Source of the DNA: the human T2T-CHM13v2.0 reference genome, Homo sapiens
Reading direction: 5' to 3' (one strand)
Length of the DNA: 64,000 nt
Assembly (NCBI RefSeq): GCF_009914755.1
Contig: NC_060925.1
In this document: positions 54,008 to 64,000 of the stretch, piece by piece
How positions within the stretch are numbered: position 1 is the stretch's first letter
How the letters are laid out: every line of letters begins with the position of its first letter
Program-made: the position numbers and the translations under genes
Notes under the pieces: model-generated
What the model was told of the DNA's origin: nothing
The model's database searches: none
The model's input: the letters and a program-made list of their open reading frames with translations, nothing else

Positions 54008-55094
54008 TAGTAGGGCTTATCTTAGCTTTACGGTCACCTAGTTTCTTGTTTCTGTATCGGTCATGCCATCGGCAGCATTCTACCCACAAAAAAAGTGGCG
54101 ATTGGGCAGGCTTCATGCAGGCAGCTGGCGTCTAGGGCTGTCAGACGCAATCAGTGTTTGCATGGCACCTGCGGCCACATGCGTTCAGCTAGAGGAGCTG
54201 CTAAACAGGTGACACCTAGTACAACAGTGGTAGGAAATGTGACCACAAGCTGGGGCCTGGGAACCTGGGAGGTGAAACCAGTAGCCAAAATCCATTGCAT
54301 CCACGTCTGTGGTCTGAAAAAAAAAATACTTTTTTTCAATCTGTCTATGGACGATTAAAAAGAAAATTAACACAGAAGCTGGGTATGTAGAAGGGATGGG
54401 GAGGGATGCAGACCATCTTCTACTTGTTCTTGGGTACGCTGGCGGCTCCTGACTAGCATGAAAATTCATAGCGACAAGCTATGTCGCACAGAGTGAAATC
54501 GATCAGACAGACACAAGGAGAACCGAGTGTAGATTTGGGACAGCAATCCAACTTGATTTCTCAGATCAATCGTCTGCTTTCTCAGCAGCGGTGACAGCAA
54601 GCTGGGACAAGAGGGCAGCCTGGAAAAGGAGGCTGTTTTTTAGATCAGGGATGATTCCTGGGCTTTTAGAGGTCACAGGAGGCTTGAGTAGAACTATTGG
54701 CTCTTAACTATTGAAGAAAGGTTTGGGTGGTGGGTAGTGATCATTTTTTATTGTTTGTTTCTGTTGCTATGATTAAAGTGAATGAGGGATCGAAGGAAGA
54801 AGAGTTAGGCATGATTTATTAATGTAATCTATACTAATGGAGATATAATGTCTGCAGTGAAGGAGGTGATGACCTCTTCAACTGCGTTGGTCAAGTCATA
54901 CATGATTCTGTCTGGTTTGGGAGGATTAAGAGAATATCAGTTATTTCTCAGATCAGATGAGGAATGATTGAACACATTAGGAATTCTTACCTCATAAAAG
55001 AGAAAATTTGGGGGTTACATAGTAGTGTAAGGCATGCTAACACTATTAGATTCATCATGAATGATCTAAAGGGGTTAGGATAGGATAGGACTAC

Positions 55095-55305
55095 TAAGTA
55101 GTGGATTCAGAGAAACAGGTTTCACTTCAACATCTGATGGACCTTTCTCACAGTAAGAGTCCTCCAAAGAAGGGGTTGGCTGCCCTTAAGTGTTCCCCAT
55201 CATTGGAAAATTCAAACATGGCTTGGCTAGCTGCTTGGTAAGGATGTTGCAGAAGGAAGTCAGGCAGCAGATTTTGATTGTCTTGATGACTTTTAAGGCC
55301 ACTTA
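55095..55305 (+). mobile_element. L3/CR1 LINE 3' fragment
   Basis: ttccccatca.tggaa..ttcaa.ca..gcttg....tgcttgg.a.ggatg.tg.agaagg...gatgac.tttaagg.c.ctt. Confidence 0.55.
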
Positions 55306-56599
55306 CATTAGGGAGTCTTTATTTTCTACCTTTTTCAGGCAGAATCTCCTCTTGAGTTTACACAATATTTATCAAGTCTTCTCTGGAATGGAAGGAGAGA
55401 AGTCAAAGTTAACCCTGTTAAACATATTCTAGACAATCATTTTACTTTCTTGGAAGGATTTTTAGGACAGAGAGATTCTTCCCATCTTGTGCTTGTTCTA
55501 ACTACATTAACTATTAGTACTGCATTGATGGCTGACTTACTGGGAAGACTGCTTGGAAAAATACAAGAAGCCATTGTGGGAAAGTGTATTCTCCAAAAGA
55601 ATTCCAAATGAATGAAGTTGTTTGGATTTTGTCTGAGTGCAGGTTTATACACACATGCATTTATGTATTTCCTGAATCTTTTTGGGATATAAGTTTTTCC
55701 AGAGAAAGCTTTGCTCTGTGCATAAGCAGAAGAGAAGAACATGAGGAAAGCACAAGAGTGTAGGGACAAGAACCTGGCCATACTCAAAAGGAACTGAAGG
55801 AAGTCCACATGACTGGGCAGGAAATGGGGCTGACACTGCTGTTATTTGGCGTCTTTCTTTCCTAATTGGGCAGCATAGAAGAGAGAGAGCAGCAGTCAGA
55901 CTCTGGGGGGTGGGGGGGGGGGTCAACACTGACCCCTCTGACATCATCTGGTGGGCTGGGAATAATTTCTGAAATAGTGTAACCAAACATGTGCAGACAA
56001 TTATGTCTGATGACATAAGCCCACCACAAAAACTGGGCCTGAAAATGCCACTTGAAAGAGTCTCTCACTTTGCATTAATTTTTTTTTCCATGAACTGTGG
56101 TTATTTTATTTCTGGGTCTTTAATATGCAGGGTAAATGAATCAAAGGCTGATCGTGATATGTTCTTTTGATATCAGTTTTAAATTGTGCCACCTGCAGGA
56201 GGCTAAGCTTGTTATAGTGAGATGTATTTTTAGACGGTGGTATTCGATGCTAAGACATGTGTGTATAGAGCAGGACAATGACTGCCAGCAGGAGAGAGAG
56301 AGGAGGGGAGACAAGAAGAGACAAGGACAGGAATGAAAGCTTTGAGCCAAGAAATGAAAATAAACAGTTCCTAACCCCAAAGCTGCAGTGGAATTCCCAG
56401 CTGGGCTCTGGATTGTGTTTGATTCGGTGGAGGACATTTTCTGGGCAGCGTTTATCTGCTCCCCTGGCTGGGCTTTCACAGCACCCATATCTTATCCAAG
56501 CAGCATCTATTTTAAGCCCTGTAAAGTTCAGACCATTTGCCTTTAACTGACCACACAGCAGTAGAATTGCAAGGTGCGGTGGTAGGAGTATTATAAAGG

Positions 56600-56760
56600 G
56601 AGTTGGGAGCTGCTAGTCCTAGTAACTCATGTGCCCGTGGGCAAATATTGAATCTCTCTTCTAGAAAATGGGGACAGTAATTCCCACCCTTTATACTTAC
56701 TTCAAGGACTGGCTTAGGGCAAATGAGAAAATAAGTCGGAAAGGGATTGGCAAAGCATAA
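56600..56760 (+). mobile_element. MIR fragment
   Basis: tgtg.cc.tgggcaa...aaaatgggga.a.taat...aggac...tagg..aaatgaga.aat. Confidence 0.55.
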
Positions 56761-57079
56761 ATTATTCCACATGAATGCAGTATGAAATTTTGTAAGTGAT
56801 AACTTTCTGATTTGACCTTTTTTCTCCTCTGATGTGAGCAGTTTTCTCAGTAGGTAGTTCCTAGTGAGGATAGGTTAGGACACATTTGTCACTTTTTTTT
56901 CTCTTCTGATGGAAAGGTGTGCTTTTGAGATGGATATAGTGTTATGCAAGGCCTAAAGACCCCCTTCCTTAGCCATGGTGAGAGTTAAATTATACCTCCT
57001 TAAGTACTTTGTGTTCTCATGTGACAATGGGCAATACTTACTAAGCTTAGAGTGGCTCTAAGTAATGGAGGGAGATTAC

Positions 57080-57740
57080 TCCACTTCTCTGTCAATCAGA
57101 CATACTTAAAGATCACTTAGCTATCACATTCTTTCCTATCCATTCTCACTGCCACCATCCTAGTTCTAGAAATAGTTCATTAACTAGACTATTGCCATAA
57201 CTTCCTAATCACTGTTGCTGTCTTTAATTCCTCCTCTCTCCCACACACCCTCTGAATTTTGTCATTCGTTGCTCAGAAATCTATTGCCTACCCAAGCAAG
57301 CTCAAACCCTGAGTACGACATTCAGGGTCTCTTACATCTGGGCCCAGCCTTCCTGTCCTTCTACCTCATCCTCCTGTCATCAAAATAAACTCTGGATGCC
57401 ATTCAGTATGGCCAGCTCATCTTTACCTCATTACCCATTTTTCCCCTTACATTTACTCATGTATGCCATCTACACAAATGTCCTTTCATTCCCACATCAC
57501 CTCTCCATCCCACCCCACTATCCAAATCACACTGAGTCTCAAGCCCAGCTCCTCCTTCGTGTCTTTCTTCTTCTTAGTCCTTCTCCCCCTCTTCTCTCTA
57601 CTTTATCACAGACACACATTTTCTTTGCACTGTACATACATGCGCAGAAATTACCTCTGTGTCTTTCACTTCTGCCCATGTGTATGGTCCTAAAAATGCA
57701 TGTTCTAGTTGCTCAAAACATGTTCGTTGAATGAATAAAT
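57080..57740 (+). mobile_element. L2 LINE 3' region (degenerate)
   Basis: ccatt.tcactgccaccatcctagt...ctagactattgc.ata.cttcctaa...gctcaa.a.atgtt.gttgaatgaat terminus. Confidence 0.65.
57089..57098 (-). promoter_or_regulatory. PBX-MEIS/PREP decamer TGATTGACAG
   Basis: Plus strand ctgtcaatca is the exact reverse complement; function untested. Confidence 0.35.
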
Positions 57741-58137
57741 CAGGGAGGGGAAGAAAAGATGCTACTAAATTAAAAATTCATTTTAATGACCAATAGCCAC
57801 ATCTAGTGTACCAGCTATAAAGTATCTGATGAGAATTACTACTTTAAATGCTTATCCACAATTATACTGTCTTTAAGATCCAAAAATATCCTTAAGTCTT
57901 TCTTTTTGGAAAAAGTTTTTCAAACTTTCCGGCTGATGTATATTCTCTGAGAATAAGATTCAAATCAGCAGTAAGTGTGTGAATTTATATGGTGATGATA
58001 TTGCAGACATAATTATCCTCAGCAGTAGGATCATTCTTATTATGAATTTTGTAAAATTTCTTTCACTCCTCCTATCCTTAAAGAGTCCCTGTGTTTCTAT
58101 ACTAAAAGAATCCCTGTTTAAAAAAAGTATATATACC

Positions 58138-58211
58138 TGTTTGTAGGATAGCCATGCATGTAGCAACATAGTATTGTTTGTGGGATAGCTGTGCATGTAG
58201 CAACATAACAT
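58138..58211 (+). repeat. 37-bp tandem duplication
   Basis: tgtttgtaggatagccatgcatgtagcaacatagtat / tgtttgtgggatagctgtgcatgtagcaacataacat. Confidence 0.95.
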
Positions 58212-58680
58212 TGTTGTAACTGGATTCTCATTGTTGTAATTGCCCTCCCTACTAGATGTGGTATTGGAACCTCCAAGGACAACCTGGAGGAAGGTGGAAG
58301 CAACTTGAAATTGGGAAACTTAGGTCCTTCTTGTGACTTTTCTTTTAAGGAGTCACTTCACCTCTGTGTTGTTGCTTCATCTGTAAAGTTTATTAGATAA
58401 GCAAACTGAAAGCTCTCTTTCAGCTCAACAGCTCTAGAATTCTACATTTATGATCTTTGATTCATTGTTAGCTCAAGGGACACCAGACTAAATTGTAGAT
58501 CATCCCTCCAGAAAACTCTTTCATTAGAGTTAGTAACTTCTATTCTTTCTAGCCAACCCCAGTGTTCAAATTATATCTTGAAACCCAAATGGGAAGGAAG
58601 AAGTGCTCTCGTTACACAAACTTTTCCCTTTGAATTCCTTGGATATTTGTGATAGCAGAAAGCATTATTCTTTAGGGTAA

Positions 58681-59035
<355 letters not shown>

Positions 59036-61674
59036 TGAATTTACTCCAGCCAGTCTTTGATGTAAATAGATACCCCTGTGGATTTTTCTTATTCAAAAGG
59101 TTTGGTGAAAATGGAAATAAGTGTCAGCATTATCTCTACAAAGGTAACATGCCGTTAACATCAATTTATGACACAAAAAAAACTCATTAATCTTGCTTTG
59201 TAATCATTATAGTAATAGAAAAATAGAGATGAAGCTTTTATCATTGTAAAACTGTAACATAGGTGTTTTTGTTTTTTCTTTTCTCCCATGTTAGGTAAGG
59301 GGGAAAAAGGAACATTTACCAAGTAAATAAATAGTATATAAATCATTAGGACAAAAATAGCCTCCTATTTAAATGAACATATTTCAGACATTTGGATACC
59401 ACGGGGATACTTAGTAATACTTGGCCACATGCCATAATTTTAATTTTTTCTTAACTATTTCTGAGAGACCTCCTTCCACTTAAAGTATATATTAGTAAGA
59501 TGTTGCCACATGTGGAATTGTAAGGCTGGGAACTGAGGGTAATAATTAAAATTCATATGCATATCTTTGAAAACTCATGTTAATTATACACAGTTTTAAT
59601 TCTTCTATTTTACCAGCTGAATTTGAATTTCAAAGGGATGAAAACATACCCAGATGTGCCCCCCAGTTGGTTGTCTTTGGGTACCTTCTGGTGCTATGAC
59701 CAGGAACTAGTGAACAGCCCCAAAACTGAGGGGTAAAGGTACCAAGGAAAATCGAGGGGTCTGAATGTGGCAGACCAGACTGTATAGTGTTTGAAGGCAG
59801 CAGAGATAGAGTAGATAGATGGAAGCTAACAGCCTCACTTTCCTTCATGACAAAACTATTGGGAAACAGAGTAAGTAAGTGCCTTTCCTTCTTATAGGGC
59901 CTTTAAACCTAGCACCATAACAAACCTGAGACCAGAAAAGCATTTTATTTCAGCCCACGATGATTGAAGAAGCAAAAAATATCCCAGTAATGTGATTTCA
60001 TATGCAATCCAATGTTTTTCCCCAGCTCCCAAGTGAAAGCCCTTAAAAGTACAAATGAGGTCAGATCATTCAATGGCTTATTCATGCATTCATTTATTCA
60101 TTTGCTTATTCATTCATTCACTCATTCATTCAATAAACATAAGCATTTTTTACCTTGAGGAATGAAGCTACATCATGGTACATCCAGGTCAAATTGGAGA
60201 AACTCTGATGTCAGTCAGGGTACATTTTCCCTTTTAGTCTCATTCAGCACTTTGTCTGGGATTGAATTTCCTGTTCCTAGAAGACTAGACCAAGGGAACT
60301 GACCAACTCTATAGCCTAGGAGGGAATTTGAAATTAAATTATATGACAGAAGGGGGGAATTTAGGACCAACCAGCAACAGTTTGAGAAAAGTACCAACCC
60401 CAACCAAATAGATATACCATGGACTTAATAATATAATAAAAAGCATTATTTTGTAGAAACTGCTTCTCTCTTTGTAGAACTAGTTGCAATGAGTTATGAT
60501 CTTAAACCTAGTGATATGATCACACTAAACAGTATCACATTTAGGCTGTGTGTGTTTGTGTATGCGTGTGTGTGTGTGTGTGTACATGTACATTCCACTT
60601 TTGCCTGTGTGACTATGAACAAGTCAGTTTCTCATGATAGGACTCAGTTTTCTGAATTCCAAAGAGGACAGTTGAGCTGGATTTTGTTTAGGGCATCTTC
60701 CAATGCCAGTTCCATTTATAAACAATTATTGTTTTTCCATTCCCAAGAAAATGCAAGATTGTGTTTTGGGGAAGATTCTCAACTGTGAGATGACAGCGTA
60801 TGCTATGTTCCTTTCATTGCAATTGGTGTTTTATAGCATCCTGCCCAGCCTGGCCCGCATTTGGCCCCGTAGCCATGCTGTCCTCAGGCTAGGATCTGGT
60901 TAGTTGTTCCAGACTCAAGTTGGTCCCTCCTTCTGCTCTGTGGAGAAAAATCACAACCTCAAAGGGATAGGTTTTTTTTTTTATGGTTGCTCCTGAAAGT
61001 GGCATGGTCCCTCTAGATGTCAGCAAATATTAAGGCAATTAAATAAGGCAAATTAATTATGGGAAACATTAGCATTGATTTCTGAAGACAGTCTTCTTCT
61101 TGCTGAGTCTAGCCTCACCCCTTCTTGCCTTTTAGGAAGAGTTCCATGTTCTTAGACAAGCTTGTTTTCGGATAAAATATTAGACTTTTTTCTTAGAAAA
61201 TCCCTTTGTTTTAAAATTGGTAATTTTTAAAAATCCCAATCTCTGGCTACATTTGAGTTTGAGGAAATTCTTTTTCACATCTCTAAATATGTTTCAATTT
61301 GATAGTATTAGTAAATAAGTAAATAAAAATGCCTTATTCCACAAATGTTTATTGAGATCCTTCTAATTTCCAGTACCAGGAATACACACATCAATAGGAC
61401 ATGGTTCTTATACTTCATAAAGTCATAGAAAGCAAAAAGAACTGGCAGTTATCTGGTTCAGTTATCTGATTCTCTGAAAGAGAAGAAATATACCAGCCAG
61501 TATAGTCAATATTATTTTCAAAAATTTGGTGAATGGCCATTGTAAGGTGCATTTACACACATATAATCATACTCCTATCAACTATAAATATATGAATTGC
61601 TTATAAGCATGATTGACATTTGTTATTCTTACATAGATTTTGTGAGTGACTAGCAAAAGCTGTTCTTTGCTTCT

Positions 61675-62372
61675 AGAACCATGCTGTCCCAATATAACTT
61701 TTTGCATTGATGGAAATGTTCTATTTTAGCACTGTCCAATAAGTTAGCCTTTAGCAAAACATAGCTATTGAGCACTTGAAATATGGCTAGCTCGTTATCC
61801 TCAGCAAACTAACACAGCAACAGAAAACCAAACACCGCATGTTCTCACTTATAGGTAGGAACTAAACAAAGAAAACACATGGGCACATGGGGGAACAACA
61901 CACACTGGGGCCTGTTGAGGGGAAGAGGGGAGGGAGAGCATCAGGAAGAATACCTAATAAATGCTGGGCTTAATACCTAGGTGATGGGTGGAGCAAACCA
62001 CCATGGCACACATTTGCCTATGTAGCAAACCTGCACTTCCTGCACATGTACCCCAGAACTTTAAATAAAAGTTGGAAATTAAAAAAAAAAAAAGTATTGG
62101 GCATGAGGTCCAAAAGAGAATTGGTATCAACTAAGTACCGTTAACATACAAGATATGACAATGAAGAATTAATACTGATTAGCTGCTAGATACGAAGATG
62201 CTTACATATAAACAAGCACGTTTTTCAAAATAAACATCTTGAAACTAAAAAAAAAGAAATATGGCTAGTTTGAAAAAGAAAATAAATGTTTAATTTTATT
62301 TAATTTAAGGTAATTTAAATTTTCAGTAGCCACTTTTGGCCAGTGGCTACCATGTTGGCTAGTGAAGTTCTA
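61675..62372. mobile_element. MER3/MER33-like hAT DNA transposon split by the L1 insertion
   Basis: gctgtcc.aata.aactttt.gc..tgatggaaatgttcta...gagcacttgaaat.tggctag | ...aattttatttaattt...tagccac...gtggctacc.tgttgg. Confidence 0.8.
61791..62093 (+). mobile_element. 5'-truncated primate L1 (older L1PA, roughly PA10-15) 3' end with poly(A)
   Basis: cctcagcaaactaacaca..aacagaaaaccaaacaccgcatgttctcacttata...aaacctgcac.tcctgcacatgtacccc.gaact, then AATAAA and A13. Confidence 0.93.
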
Positions 62373-63087
62373 GATGCTCTGCCGGTTATTTGGTAACTGT
62401 AACTTGGTAAAGTAAGTTAAAAGAATAAATGTGATGGTGTGCAAGAGTAATATAAAACTAGAAAATATAATTTAAAAATTTAGAATAGCTAGGAACTATG
62501 AAAAGTAGGAAGAAATAATTTACTAATCAACTACAAAGCATTAGCAGAATAAAATTGGCAGGAGAGTGATAAAATCACATGTAAATTGCAAAATGAAGGT
62601 TAAAATGAAGCCACCAAAGTGGGGTGACGGTGTTAGAGGTGTCACCATGCTGTGAAAACAGAGTAGACTTCTTAACACAAAACATAGAAAAGCATGCTTT
62701 CTGCTTAAATCAGCCTTTCCAAAAATAAATAGAGCTCTTTATTAAAAATTAACTATATACAAGAAGTGAACTCTGGTTATCATAATAATATGCTTCAAAC
62801 TATTAAATAATATGGAGGAAGATTTAAAATATAAATATAGAAATACCTACATTTGTTATGGTTTTTTTGAAATAATTTTTCACTGTGTCAGCCACTAATT
62901 CATCCAACCTAATAATTCTTCAAGCCCAAGCAGGACATGTCTTTGAACTCATCTTGAACTCTTTCTTTAAGTCTAAACCCTGTAGGGCTTACATAAGATA
63001 GAGTCTTTGTTTCAAGTCTCCCAGGTGACCTAAGCCTTTGCTGGCAGCCTCTGCCTCGCCGTTTCTTCCTCCCTGCCCTGCTAGTCT

Positions 63088-63243
63088 ATTCCAAGTGTAG
63101 TCTGCAGATCAACAACATTACCTGGGAGCTTGTGAGCCATGCAGAATCTCAGGCCCCGCCCAGACCTATTAAATCAGATGCTACAATTTAACGAGATCCC
63201 CTGGCAATTGTTAAGCACATTAAGTTTGAGAAGCTCTGCTCTA
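63088..63243. mobile_element. MER5-family DNA transposon
   Basis: acctgggagcttgt.ag..atgcagaatctcaggcccc.cccagaccta.t.aatcaga...aagtttgagaagc.ctgctcta. Confidence 0.82.
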
Positions 63244-63337
63244 GTGTGTAAAGTCTACATGCTCTCTAGGGCTTACTGAAGAGAAGGAATTACATAGCTT
63301 TATTTGCATTAAGGATACCTTTTAAAATGTTTTCAAC

Positions 63338-64000
<663 letters not shown>

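Overview
Human (primate) genomic DNA from the PBX1 gene (TALE/PBC homeodomain transcription factor), transcribed on the + strand. The window holds the last ~24.8 kb of intron 2, coding exons 3-8 (935 nt, all GT-AG, phases consistent) and ~10 kb of intron 8. Exons 1, 2 and 9 lie outside it. The rest is intron with 12 Alus, MIR/L2/L3/L1 fragments, MaLR LTRs, MER DNA transposons and microsatellites. No prokaryote-type system (CRISPR etc.) is present. The most notable sequence-level observations are: (1) a candidate internal promoter/first exon at ~20.3-20.44 kb encoding MVAGL in frame with exon 3, with a strong CTCF motif upstream; (2) an L1 3' transduction inside a MER3-like element; (3) three same-phase cryptic donors in an open frame after exon 5; (4) an in-frame +27 nt donor and a QKI/RBFOX/PTB motif cluster at alternative exon 7; (5) a stop-free potential exon 3-6 circle; (6) two old diverged local duplications; (7) PBX-MEIS and PBX-HOX motifs suggesting autoregulation. 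Repeat family names are from visual recognition and their boundaries are approximate.
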